This document shows, in pieces, positions 1-13,093 of a stretch of DNA of 54,372 bases. Position numbers and translations under genes: made by a program. The notes beneath the pieces were generated by a model. The model saw only the letters and a program-made list of their open reading frames with translations. It was not told the origin of the DNA and did no database searches. This DNA comes from Phoronis australis. Lineage: Eukaryota > Animalia > Phoronida. Position 1 is the stretch's first letter. Every line of letters begins with the position of its first letter. The DNA lies in NCBI GenBank assembly GCA_002633005.1, contig NMRA01000917.1, positions 45,204 through 99,575 on the forward strand. The letters are read 5' to 3'.

Positions 1-2914
1 TCAGCGCCAGAAAATTTTATTGTATTAATCAACAGCAATAAGATAGAAACGTCTTGTGTAAAAGTCTGGTGTTGATCAGTGTTGTGCCAGCTGAGATATA
101 CGGGCTCAAAGTGTGGCGAAATTGCAATGCCTTGTTAACCTCTGACCCCTCTATACTTTATGCCTGAAATTTTTAACTTAGCGGCAGAGTTAATGAGTAT
201 TGTTTAATATATTTGTAAAGCCGAAGACCTGCTTTATTTAAAAATTACAAACAAATAATGATCTCGTGCGCCGATATTTTTTATTGTGCAGTGCAAATAA
301 GGCATTTTCGGCGAGTTCATTGCATGGCATAACAAGGTAAAATGAGATTGGACTTTACTGTTTTGTTTATCATCCCAAAGGTAACTAAAATGCATAGTAT
401 GGTTCAAATCGGTGACATTGAGTTTATCACCCCTATGGGCATTTTTGCCTGCTGTGAGCCGTACTTCACTCTTAAGAAGCCAAGTACCACTGGCCATCAC
501 GCTATTAAAACAGAAAGACAAAGATTGTGAAGAGTGAAGAATCCAAAGTTTTCAGAGATGTTTTTCTACAGTTTTGTTTGGAGTTCATTTAATCAAAGGT
601 TCTAACACATGGAGATGTCATTTGCCTTTCAGAGCTAAAGCAAGACTTTTAAGCTGTTCTTCAGAAAGCTTGTGTGCATAAAGTTATTTGGACAGGCAAT
701 CTTAAGACACGAATGTTGACGCTTCTCACTGTTGCTGTTTGTGCCAATCTGGGAGAGATAAAAGTAAATTGAAGCTAGTGTTCAATAATTCATTTCTCAC
801 ACACTAATTAACACAGCCCATTATAACATGTTTGGAATTTGCCCAAATCCTGCCTTCCTCCAAACAAAGACTCAGTGTTTGACCCTTCATTGCACGCGGG
901 TCAATCACCAGTGTGCAGTAGTGTACCCTCTCTTATCGCCCACGGTTGGCTCCTTGGTTGCTGAGGTTTGCAGTTAAAATGGATGGCAATGCCTACAGTA
1001 CCATTGACAGTACTAAACGAGGTACGCAGCCAGTGCAAAAAGATCTTGTGCAGGAAACTGAATTTGTGCTGCAATGCTGGGTCAAACTGTGTAGAAATGT
1101 GAAGTTGTGACAACTGTAGTAACATCAGCAACACTGACTGCATAACACTGGATAGTTCTTTGACAAGTCAACTGTACATCATGTAAATAGACCGCCAACT
1201 TCTTGGACCCCATTATTTCGTTTTATTTTTGTATTAAAAAGCGTGAGCTGTGAATTTTATGTGTTGATTTTTTCATAGACATTACACAATTTGATCATTG
1301 TCATGTATTTGTTTCATAATGCTTGCTAAACGCTGTCAGAATTACCTATTATTTTTATAGTCTGTGTGCACATTCACAGAGATCATTCAACTATATTATT
1401 TTTGTATAACATATTTCTGGTGTATTATGCAAACAAGCTACATTTTACACCATTATATGTGGGAGCTTTTATATTTTAAAAACACTCTGGTAAATGAATT
1501 TAAAAACACCACAATAAAATTAACCCCCTAAAGTACTCTCAAAAATAATTTTCTAGAAGCCCTACCAATCCTGGCCCACGGCCTAGATAGTTTATCGATT
1601 TGTCAAGTAATAATTTTTGATGGTCCGATGCGTTATCAGGGGGGGAGGGAGTAAACCCTTTATTTCCTTACAAAGGATTACAGAGTGATCGAACTGATGA
1701 AGGCCAATGCAATCGCCTCCGCGCACCACATTAGGTACACCTTCGGCATTGCAGTTAAGTTTATGGAGGAACCTCGAACAAAGATCAAATTTGGCAAAAC
1801 TTAGAAATCATATCTCAGAAATGGCTGATCGGACTTATGCATATGGCACTTCCATTGATGTTTTCTGCACTGTTCTCCAGGCATATGTTAGGAATTGTTT
1901 TTAAAATTGCTCACTTTTAAATGAGGGACTATAAAAATGACATTTATGAAAAAATTAACAGTTGCATCAAACGAAAACGAAGAGATAATTTAGAAAACTG
2001 GAACATAGTTTATGAGATTGCATCTTGAACATTCATGTCACATGAAATGTGATCACGTTAGTGATGTCATTAGTTTGCACCTTTGTTTTTTGCCATTTTT
2101 ATTAAACACGCAGCCACGTTAACGTGACCTATTTCACAGCAGACTGGTATAAAACCAAATGTCAATTTTTACAGGTTTTTCAGTTTCTGAAAATATAAAC
2201 TTTTACTCAGTTAAAATCTACATTTTTGAGGATATTTGGCTTAAAATACACCGACAAGTCGATAAGTCTGTACTTAGAACTTATCTAGCGAAATTTAACC
2301 CTCACATAGAGATTAGGCTTGATGATATGAAAGTTCAAATGAAATTGACTTCCAAAACATTGGGTAGTTTCTAAATACAAATTTGCTGATTGTAGGTCTA
2401 AAGTCAACTCACTGACTCGACATGGCGCTCTGCAGTTCGCTAGTGCGACCTCAAATATTATTTGGCGACACAGAATCCCAACTAAACTAGACGACAGACA
2501 AACAAGAATTCACAGGCAAGAATTTGCTTCGACATGTGTGACCTTGAAACTTAAGAAAATTACATAAGTACAACATCTTTGGTTCTGGTTAATTCTATTC
2601 ATTTTGTGAAATCAATGCATGTGCAAAAACTTGAAATGCCGTATGTGGAATTTCAATGCTTCGGCGACGTCATTTTCCTCGGATAGTCTCCACGTCGCAT
2701 TTGACGAGTTGTCGCCATATTTAACCAGTGGCTTATTCATGGTGACTGCTTTCCCTTTTCATTCCAAACATTTCTAGTAAAGTATTACAATATATACATG
2801 TATAATCTTGACCCAGATTATCACCTGCTTATCTTGTATCCAAGATGAGGGAGCACAGTTCAATGATTGTTACTGTAGGATTAGAAAACGGGCAATTGCC
2901 GAACAAATAAAGAA

Positions 2915-2970
2915 GTTCATGTTAACTCAACGTTTCGTCTTATTCAACAAGACATTATCAGGATATGAAC
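2915..2970 (-). ncRNA. Minimal type I hammerhead-ribozyme-like motif in the Penelope terminal repeat (core G8 mutated)
   Basis: Minus strand reads gttcat atc CTGATAA t gtcttgt-tga-ataagac GAAA cgtt gag ttaac atgaac: core CUGAU(A)A, helix II, GAAA, palindromic AACGUU helix III and gttcat/atgaac helix I. It lies about 85 nt downstream of the GIY-YIG stop. Confidence 0.7.
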
Positions 2971-3055
2971 AGTAGGACAACAATTGTCGATATTTTTCAA
3001 GTCACATCCAGGCGGTGAAATGAGAGTGAGAGATACAGGGAAAGTAAGCGGGTCA

Positions 3056-3544
3056 TTACCATAGTTGCAGGGACATTGAGATCTGCATGTTATTAAGAGA
3101 ATCAGTAGCACGCTGATCCTGAATGGCCAATGACTCCTTGATATACAGTAATTCCTTAGCATGTTCTTTACAAATAATACTAACTGAATTGGCTTGATGG
3201 TTGTTGCTAATACATGTACAATGACAACTAATGCTACTTTTGTCGGATGTGTTCTGTTCTTTCAGACTGTCACATAGGCGTCTTTGGGTGGGTCCAATAT
3301 AGAATATCTTACTGTTGTCACATTCAACCTTATACACAACATTGCTTCTATTTAATAATGAGATGGGTGATTTCAGTTTACAAAGCATATTGGAGAGTTT
3401 GCGAAGAGGTGTGAAAACAACTATTAGCCGTTCAACCGTTGAGATTCCAAATTCATCAAAAACACAAATCATTCGTGCACAGCAAGACATTTGACCCAAA
3501 CAACCAAAAATGTGAAGAAATACAATACGATTGTCCGCCATCAA
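3056..3544 (-). pseudogene. Penelope-like retroelement fragment, degenerate GIY-YIG endonuclease
   Basis: SNVVYKVECDNSKIFYIGPTQRRLCDSLKEQ...SISCH...NH...IKESLAI...LN matches the Penelope VVYxIxCxxC...YIGxTxRxLxxRxxEH...H...E...LN pattern. The second Cys, the catalytic Arg and the His are substituted, so the copy is dead. Confidence 0.88.
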
Positions 3545-4470
3545 AAGGGTGGACTTTAGACGAACGTGAAGAACGCTTGTCTATCTGTGCATTACACCAA
3601 AGGACTATTTCCGATGGTTATTTATAAAATAATGTTTCCCATAGTATCACAAGAATAGCATCTCTCTTGAAAATGGTTACTATGAGTTCGTAAGGAATTC
3701 CCAAATATGGGAAACACAGCTGTCTAGACTACTACATGTGATGGCCGTGTACATGTCAAAAGGAGGTACTTAAAGAACTCTCGCACTCATAAACAAAGAT
3801 TTCAACATATTTTATGACAGTGAAGTTCAAGTTTATCTCGCACCTCTAAAATGAGCAAAAATACACCTTAATACGATTGGCTATCTCCCATATTCCCTAG
3901 TTACCCGTCAAAATTCTGCGAGCATCCATGCGAAAATGCATTAAAACATTCCGTTTTGAAAAACAAATTCGCTGGTCTCTGATTTACTTGTTTATGTATC
4001 TTCGAAAATCGATAGATTCATAGATAATTTTTGACAATTAGAATCTAATATTGTAAGAATTGATGATGTTTCCGTGAATATAACTGCAGCCTGAAGTTGG
4101 AAAAACTCTATAATCCAATCCCCAAATAGTAAAGTACTACACTTTGACGATTCTGCATATCTAAAATAACTCTTAAAAACATTGCTGAAATTTGGACTCA
4201 CAAACCGAAGATCCAAAAAACGTAAATCCTTAAATAAATATAATTAAACTCATTGCTTGGAAAGGTTGTCTTTGCACTTCCTTGGTGTTTTTAGTTTCTA
4301 GTAGCATTGAGCAATGAATTTCAGTTTTTCAAAACTGAATTCTTTACTTGACGTGACTCCGTGCTCGACATGACTGACGAACCCACGTTAAAAATAAGAT
4401 GTAACCATGCAGTAGGCCCGCGCAAAATCTCAGTGATTCACGGGAACTGAATTTTAGCTCCAGACGTTGA

Positions 4471-4498
4471 AGTGTGTACATTTTTGGGACACACTCTG
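4471..4498. mobile_element. Solo Tc1/mariner-like terminal inverted repeat
   Basis: Reverse complement reads TA|CAGAGTGTGTCCCAAAAATGTACACACT, a typical Tc1-type end with flanking TA. No partner TIR was found. Confidence 0.5.
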
Positions 4499-4924
4499 TA
4501 TCATTTTCCCCAGCCATGAGAAACTGGACTACCGGTCGTGTTTAAACGAGGGATTTTGAAACAGCCCCAAAGACACTATTCGAGGGACTTCGGCACCTGA
4601 CCTTTTTGAAATAATCTCCTTCAAAGAATGACCATAATAAAATAAAATTTTCCGAAACTGGAACTCAATAAAACGAATCTTGACCTTAGAGTGTGTACAG
4701 ACGACCGGTACGAGCTGTCTGTCCCAAGTGAATCACAGCTGACTTGACCAGCAACAAGCTTTAGTTCTACGTGAATTTCGTATTTTCACACTTTTAGATC
4801 TCAGCTATAGTTACTTGAGACAGCTCCTCGCTACTGGTCAGTGTTCTGGTTTTAGGCCCATTCTCACTCTCCGTGCTGGTTCACGGTTACGCAGCTCTTG
4901 ATGGCGGCATCCGCGGGATTGTCC

Positions 4925-5080
4925 CAGGGGCGGAACCAGGATTTTGAGTTGGCGGGGGGCAGGGCAGAGTACTAGCCAGGGTTTTCCCGTCAGAAGTAAG
5001 CACCCCCGAACTGACAAATGGAAGCTGAGAGAATTTTAGAGGGGTCATGGCCCTTTTCGCCACCCGAAATTCCGTCACTG
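4925..5080. mobile_element. Short hAT-like MITE
   Basis: CAGGGGCGGAA... and ...TTCCGTCACTG form imperfect TIRs with G-rich/C-rich subtermini; TSD not recognisable. Confidence 0.5.
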
Positions 5081-6016
5081 TGCTCCCCCACCTAGGGTGG
5101 ACGTGGGAGATTCGGTACAAACTGAAATATGGTGGCATCGAGAGCACAGGGTGAGGGAGGGGACTGGAGGGGGTGGCGTTGGTGGTGTAATTGCATCGAG
5201 TTGAAATTGAGGCGGGAGTTTGATTGTCATTCGTGCCATATGATTTGAGACATCTGCAAGTTTTGACGGTTCTGCCCCGACCGTGTCTATGTTACTGTTC
5301 TTGATGTTGCGAATGTCAAGCGTGCCTGTAAGAATCAGTAAAACTAATAAACCAGTAAAACTTGGCGTGTCTCTGCGAGCAAGACAAGTATGTTACAAGG
5401 CGTGGCAACCACTTCAATGATCGCTAGGAAGATCACACCACTGACTTTTAAGTGAGTTCTATGATATGGTAAAAATTATTACCATTTACTATCTTGAAAA
5501 CTGCGAATGATGGTGTACGACAAATATGGGACTTTTCATATATTGGCGCTCTCTAAAGTAATGAGAGCACGAAACAGACTTCACATTGATCATAACCCAG
5601 GTTTGGTTAACAGAAATTCAATCTCCACAATAGTGGTTCATTGATTTAAAAGCAAAGGAATGAATTCCACTGTCAGACTTTCCCATTGTTTGACTAGTTC
5701 AAGCCTAACTTCAACTGAATTTTGTCATTTTAGATGTATTGAGCTAACCAGATAGTCCAAGCAAAGCCTTAGTGAAATAAGACAACGCGAGTTCAATCAC
5801 GCAAGTGTAAGCCAGTCGAATGATAAGTGAAGCTACCTTTTCATGCCATGTTGCGTCACCGCGAGATACCAGCACAAACAACGAAAGGCCGATATCAGCT
5901 GTATTGAATAGAGGTCTGAATGGAATTTCATTGCGTGCGGGTGTTATTCGCAACTGTTTGAATTAAAAGGGTGATTCTCGCGGTGACGTACACAAAAGCA
6001 AGCCAATACGCCTTAA

Positions 6017-7514
6017 AGGAGAATGCCATCCGATTTAATTAGTCTTTTTTGCCGTCTTAATCGGTCCATATCCACATCGCCTCGCATACGGTCGACCTTA
6101 CCTTGCCAAGAGGTGTCGCGTTAACCTGTGAGGTAGGTGAGAAACGACGCTAGCGACGTCAGTGGTTCATATGCAGAGAGAATACCGCTATGTTGCGGTG
6201 CATCGTTCCCGCTTGTTCGAACTAAGCAGCTGCGAGAAAAGCGTTTTTTTTACTTGCTCGAGAGTCCTAAATGCTTAGGAAGTGGCTCATGGTAGTGAAG
6301 AATGAAATGTACGCTGTAAATAGCAAGTGCATGTATGAGGCCGTGAAACATCTCCTTGTCTGTGGCCTGCAGACATCGCAAATAACTCCATACGTTCCGT
6401 TGTCTGAGATTGTTCACGGCGCCTCTCTAGTATTTCTTCATCACCGTATTCCTGTTCGATTGATAGCCTGTAAAACTTTACGATCCACCTGCGAAGTTGT
6501 GACTGATGAGCTCTAGCTCGTACTAAGTCGGGATTGCGAGTTGCCATGTTGGCGTTTATTACTGAGCGTTCTGTTTCAAAATGTATTATTCTCACCCTAA
6601 CCAATACTTACATAAAACTGAAACGAAGTCTGTCTCATTAGATGCAATTTGTAATGCCTTTGGTGTGTTCGTGAGTGCAAAGGATTTGAAAAGCCAACAA
6701 TGAATAAAACACTGCGTTACCCGGCTTTAGGTGCAATGAAACTAATTGACGGGACACCTAGGCCGTGTGAGCTGGCATGCTATTTTAGTGTTTGCTGGCA
6801 GAAACTGTTGTGAAACAACTCGATTTCCATCAACACCGGCCAGGTGTTAGGGGAATCTTTATTTACGTTTACATTACTCAAATAATGATTGTCAATGTAC
6901 AATTTCTGCCCTGACGGTGTTGTTGTCAAAGCGGAACCTCAGAATTCGCGGTCCCCGACGAGTAAGTAGATTTGCAGTTTCGTGGCTAATTCTCCAACAT
7001 AATCACGTGCACATTACTTTGGCTCACTAGTACAGTATTTTCTTGGCTGGAAGTTTAGTTTCCACTGAACTTTGGCTTGTTTCTGTTCGTGATGTCTGAT
7101 CAGTTTCCGAGCCACTGGCAGGGATAACGAGTCAATCCGGCCGGCCGCGACGGGTTATTGGCCTGCCGAACTTTGTATGCTACGGTGTGTCCAAATACCA
7201 ATAAATCCATAAGAGCGAAATAAAACAACACGTTTTTATACGAACTCGGTGTATTTTTAAGGGTTTTACATCGAAGTTTGATGATTTATTGGTGTTAAAC
7301 GATGACTTCAAGCGATAAGCTGACACAAGTAACACGTGTTGTGAACTGCTGAAGAGACTGCGTGTGAAACCGATGACGTCATTGGATAATTTCAACACCT
7401 CCGTCTGCCGTCAGGTGTCAGGTAACGCAACCGTACATGTACGTGTCGTTATGGAGTAGAACTACTCGATCTGAATTGATACAAATTAGGTTGTTTTTTG
7501 GGTGGCATGCTCCT
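6017..7514. mobile_element. Kolobok-type non-autonomous DNA transposon, family A copy 1
   Basis: TTAA|AGGAGAATGCCA ... TGGCATGCTCCT|TTAA: TTAA TSD and RR..YY termini. Homologous to 11285-12347. Confidence 0.85.
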
Positions 7515-8396
7515 TTAACAGTTCGTTACATATGACACTTTATGGCACTAGTGGACTCGGAGTGATGATCTTATCATGCTATAGTAACCCAATTTACAGG
7601 TGTTACCGTTTAAGATAGGCTTTAAAGTTCACTAATTTATGTTAGCTTTTTAACATCGCCTTCGAACGAAATTCTCCCGCTTAATCAACGGCAGCTACTG
7701 TGGCTTTGTCGCGAAACATCCTCATACTAGGACCTACATGTAGCGGGACGTCCTTGTTCATCAATTTCGTAAGGCAATTGTACATCCCTCCGCTCAGCAT
7801 TTGGAATTTCGCAGCATCATAATATCAGGAAACGTGTTGAAACGCTGCTTATCTCAATAGGTTGAAATATCTCGTCTATATTATATTGGATGTGTTGGTG
7901 CCGCAGAACGGACTTCCACCACAGACCAGACCACCGTACAGGCTATGGCGTGTTACTGAATATCAATATGGCGGGACCTTATCGAAAATCAGCTTTTCAA
8001 GCAGTATACGTTTATGTTGCTTGTTCTCACTCCATACGTTGTTGCACCAGTCGAAATACGAATCTGACTGATAAATACGATTTCGTATTACAGCGACGCA
8101 CCTATGGGTATTTTCATTTTGAATGATTATTATCTTAGTACATAAGAAACAGGGTTCGTTAAGCCCACCTTGGCTCTCATTAGTGCATAACCAGAAATCA
8201 AAAAAAATAACTTTAGCGCGAATATACATCTAGCTCCGCCGGCGATTTGACTTACCCCAGGACTACTGCAAATTTTGCTATCACTTTTGTTAGTGATTAT
8301 ACACTGCACCTAACATGTACCTGGACAAATTAAGTTAACAACAATGTCATCACATCACAGCGTACTATGTGTTTCGCGTCAGTTCGCGCTCCTTAA

Positions 8397-10777
8397 AGAC
8401 CCTACATAACGGCCAAATGACTTTTGAACATGTTAAATATATGTATCAGTGATCGACACAAACATATCATCCCTCCCTTTACTCCTGGCATTAGCTAATT
8501 ACGCCAATTACTATCGTACGACCCCATCATGAACCCCATTTAGCGCCGAAAAAAAACTTTAGGTGGCGCTCGTTCTAATCGACGCAAATGACGTCATCGT
8601 TGGTACCCAAGACGTATCGAACAGTCCGTTGCCTCAGGAAGCTTACCTTACGGTGTCAGGTGCATATTTCACAGATTTTCAAAATTACAACTGTTAGAGA
8701 CAACCAAGCTCAAATACTATGCGACACTTATCTCGACACTTCCACGCGCATGTAATATCCTACAACTCACTGTCCCTTGATCAGTAGTTTAGCGTCGCCG
8801 AAGACAGTAGCGCATTCTCGGTGGGGACCACTTACTCACTCTAACATCAAATGCTTATTCACAAAGACGTCGGGGTTTAACGAACAGATTTAACGAACAG
8901 GGTCCCTGCGTGCATTGGGGGACAGGTTTGCAATGAATGGAGATTTGTCGGACCCACGGCGACATCCTGGCGGAATGCGTGTACCGGAGAATTAATTTGT
9001 TTGTAGTCGCTCCGTGATAATTACGGGATTATGTCGGAGAGTAAGTCGGCGTTACACATCTTAACGAAGCGAAAGGCTCACTCGCAGCATGATGAAAAAG
9101 AATGACCCGAGACTTTTCGCACTTGGGTTAGAAAAGTATAATACCTTGCAATGGACGGACGTTCAATGAAAAGTACTGTGAAACGGAAGATTAAGAAAAT
9201 GTAGAAACAAAGTTTGGATGTATTAGCGCCGTGTATGTTCAAGCCAGAGGAATCCGAGTAAAGTGAAACAGAAGGGTAAACTTACCGGCCAACTGTCACG
9301 GAACTCGCTACGGACCGTCATTTGAAGACAAAGGCATTTTACTCAAGGCATACGAAACTTAACCCGTAACCGACGCAGCTATGGCTGCACGCCGATTAGT
9401 GAGACCTGCAGGAAAATCTAAGCGATTGAGGTGGAAGCAAAATATTGAGCAAAAAGGACAAAGTTAGCGCTGCGAATAGATTGTCATATTTAAACTATTG
9501 TTCGATTTGAAAGACCAATTGCACAAGGCATTTTATACTTGAAGTCGGGGAAATACGCCGTTCCCGTCGTAGCTCAACCCATCGACATGCTGACTGCACA
9601 CTTTTTTCAGTGCGTGCCTCCAAAGTGTACCCAAAGCCGTACTGCCTGACGTTCACGTGCGAGGTTTGTAAGTACACCCTTCCCGATGTTAATTTCAAAG
9701 AATGTGCCATATGACTCAAGTTGAATCAGCGCTATCTTATGGTCACATGCATTCGAGTATATGCAACACCCAAGCACTTAATCGAGCCAAGCCAGTGCAA
9801 CATTTTATTTAGAACGGCCGCCGTACTCTTTTGATGTGCGACTTGGGAGGTGTGCACCTCTACGTTCCCACCGCTGGAGTACGTGATACATTGGCTGCAA
9901 CATGTGAGTGACAGATGACTCATATATATGTCGCGCGTGCTGTCCCAGAAAAGAGGGCTTTGTTGTCGACTTACTTTTTACTCTAATGCAAGACAAGTTG
10001 TGACCGTCGTTTGGCAAGTAACAGCCAAGGGTTGTCATCTTTACGTTTGTTTTTATGATAAAAACGGGACGTAGGCTACATTCACCCACACCGTTAATTG
10101 ACGACATTTCTGAGCCACGATCGTATAAAATTTTACCGACCATGTCGCGGTGATATATTGCCGAGGATATTGTTAGTGGATAATCAAGACATCTTACGTG
10201 AAAAATAAGTATTTTTCCACCACAGAGTTCGGTAAGTTTGCCGTTGTCAGATTCAATACGAAACGTAGCTGTTGTAGGACCTTTTACGTGGGTGCAAATA
10301 CTTCGAAAATTGGTTCGTCCTGGGTCGTGAGTGAATCGATAGCAGTCCCTATCCGAGATCTACGCCGCTGTTCGGTTCGAAGGGTGCTTTGCCTGACACC
10401 ATTGTTTTGCTTAGTAATATTGCATTATCAGTCGACATTGATGCCTAACGTCGGCGATGTTTCTAATTGGTGACGTTCCTTGAGCAAACTACTTTGTTTT
10501 TTACTGTCCCAGCAGCCGGTCAGGTGCTCACTACTACAGGTTGTGGTTAGCGCGGTAATGTGTTGCTCGCTTCTCAACGATGATGTCAATAGGCCAGTCT
10601 ACTGTGATTCGTCGAGAGAATAAAAGGGGTTTCTGATGGGGGCACATAATATGGGGGGCACAAAATGCGTAGTAATTAGTCAGTGGTTGTGTGAAATAAA
10701 ACAAAACAAAGATATGTTGCACATAAGTACATGTATTTAACATATCTAAAAGGCAGTTGGCTCATTTTGTAGGGACT
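8397..10777. mobile_element. Kolobok-type non-autonomous DNA transposon, family B
   Basis: TTAA|AGACCCTACATAACGGCCAAATGACTTTTGAACATGTTAAATATATGTA aligns with the reverse complement of the right end, TTAA|AGTCCCTACAAAATGAGCCAACTGCCTTTTAGATATGTTAAATACATGTA (about 50-bp imperfect TIR, TTAA TSD). Confidence 0.85.
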
Positions 10778-11284
10778 TTAAGTCTCGCTCTACATACACC
10801 TTCGCCCGGTGGCATGAAATAGTCCAAATAACGACTCAACGACATACATGTATGTTACTCAACTTTTCAGCGAATTTGTTTTATCACTAAATAATGCTAT
10901 GTCTTTCCATAACTTTATCTTTTTGCATTATTTTCATTTATGAATTTCTATAATAAACAGTTATCTGAAAACGAGCCCCTAACCTCAGTCAAAACCAACT
11001 GTAACCTAGCTCTTAAATTAGATTCATTGCATGGAAAGGTCCTTTTATATTTGTAAATATATTAAGAATTAAAAATTATGCTGTTTGACGTAGCAATGGA
11101 AATAAAAGTAGTTTAAGAAATGACAATCTGTGTTTGCACAAAGTCCACAAAAGCTCTTTCAAATTTAAAAAATTGGATTCGCTTATGGAGTTATTTCATG
11201 CAAAGGTGCAATTTTCAATGTCTTGTCGACATGGATTTACACACGGTTGCATGTCTTGACATAACGCAATTTTCAGTATCTTAA

Positions 11285-12347
11285 AGGAGAATGCCACCTG
11301 ATTTATTTCGTTTTTTGCCGTCTTAATCGGTCTATATCCGCATCACCTTGTATACGGTAGATCTCACCTAGCCGGAAGGTGTAACGTTATCATGCGAGGA
11401 AGGTGAGTACACGTCGCAGGGACGTCAGAGGTTCTTCAGTTGAGTGTGTGCCGGTGTGGTGGGGCGTATCGTTCCCGGTTGTGGCGAACCATGAAGCTGC
11501 GAGAAAAGCAGATATTTCGTTTTTTCAATTTTCTTGAGAACCCGAAATGCTTCGGAAGTGGTTCGCGGTAGTAGAGAATGAAAAACACCCCGTTCGTACC
11601 AAGTATGAGGTCGTGAAATATCTGCATGTTGGTGGCCGGCACTGTTCTGTTTCAAATTTAGCTATTCTCACCCTAACCAATGTTAAAAATGACTGAAGCA
11701 AAGTGTCCCGAAAGACTGTCTCAGTGGATAAAATTGGTAATTCCTTTGGAGTGTTCGTGAGTACAAATATTTTGAGATGCTAACAATAAATAAATCATTC
11801 TGCGTTACCGGCTTCAGGTGCGATTCACTAATTGACCGGTCACCAGACGCAGTGTGAGCGCACTATAATTCAATGATTGTTGACAGAATGCTATTGTGAA
11901 ACAATAACTCGATTTATTATGCTATGGTCAGATGTTAAGGAATCCTATTTTATTACCGAGCAGATCCAAACTTCCAACGACTGACCTCGGTAAGTTTGCC
12001 TTCCGATCTTTGTAAGCTACAGTACTTTCAAAATTTCTATAAATCCGTAACAGTGAAATAAAACAACTCGTTTGTTTAAAAACTTAATGTACATGTACTT
12101 GTAAAGGTTTTGCATCGAATTTTGATGATTGATTAGTGTAAAGCCATGGAGTCTAGCGATAAGCTGACACCAGTAAACGTGTTTTGAACTGCTGAACAAG
12201 CTGTGTTAGAACCTATGACGTCATGGGTTCATTTCAGCACCTCCGTTTGCCGTCTTGTGCCAGAAAAAAGAACTGAGCTTGCTGTTATCGGGTGGAACTA
12301 CTTGATCTAAATTGATACAAAATACATTTTAGTGTGGCATTCTTCCT
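11285..12347. mobile_element. Kolobok-type non-autonomous DNA transposon, family A copy 2 (internally deleted, diverged)
   Basis: Starts TTAA|AGGAGAATGCCA and is colinear with 6017-7514 (e.g. ttttgccgtcttaatcgg, attctcaccctaaccaat, gcgataagctgacac). Right end is degenerate (TGGCATTCTTCCT). Confidence 0.8.
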
Positions 12348-12733
12348 TCAGTATGTTTTTTTCTGCGCTCCCTCGTATCAGTCTGCAGCATTTTCAGGAA
12401 TGGATGGCTAAATAATATTAATAATAGGTAGTTCGACAAATATATTTTATTATTTTCTTCCAATGACTACTATCAGGGTGCGCTCGATTGTTTCAATTAC
12501 GCTCTGTTTTTACAATTAAGGATCTGACTTAAGATTTGCCTCATCTTTTCAATTCTGAAACTTTCACTTCCGGTAACTTAGTCAAAACTGAGACAAATTT
12601 TAAGTAAAAATTTAAGTCAAACTTAAAAACTCTTTCTTGAAAAGGACTTGGGACAAATTTAAGTTTTACCTTAAAATTGAATTAAATTTAAGATAAGTCT
12701 TAGGTCAGTCAGTTTTCTTGGAAGGTACCCCAG

Positions 12734-13093
12734 TGCCCGGTTATATGAAACAGTCCCAAATAGGGACTCAACCAAGTTACCCAAATCTACCGAGTATTTG
12801 TGGGTTGTGAAAACACTGATTATCCTTTCTTGTGCTGTTTGAGTCTCATCACTCACTGGGTCAATTTTTGGCCTTGATGATACAAATCGAGCGTAAACTC
12901 TGTTTTGATTGAAATAAGGTCTCCGATTTTAGTTATATTATTTAGATAATGTCCTTAGTCAAAGAGGAGCTCGTAACAAAGGTAAAATGATAGAAAAAAC
13001 GTTACACGTGTGAGTTATGAACGAGACAAATGTGCAAAACATTTAGAGAACTTAATTGAGTCCCTAATAGGGACTGTTTAATGGAACCGGCCA
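12734..13093. mobile_element. PIF/Harbinger-like MITE
   Basis: About 55-bp imperfect TIR (tgcccggttatatgaaacagtcccaaatagggactcaaccaagtt versus rc tggccggttccattaaacagtccctattagggactcaattaagtt), flanked by a 3-bp CAG duplication. A related left-end fragment lies at ~27397-27455. Confidence 0.7.

Noticed and set aside
291-1520. Possible last exons (GIFGEFIAWHNK / VTKMHSMVQIGDIEFITPMGIFACCEPYF...) and 3' UTR of an upstream gene
   Set aside because: Requires a 44-nt intron and I do not recognise the peptide; plausible but unsupported.
1520-2460. Sequence with the texture of a non-autonomous DNA transposon
   Set aside because: No matching termini, TSD or second copy found in the window.
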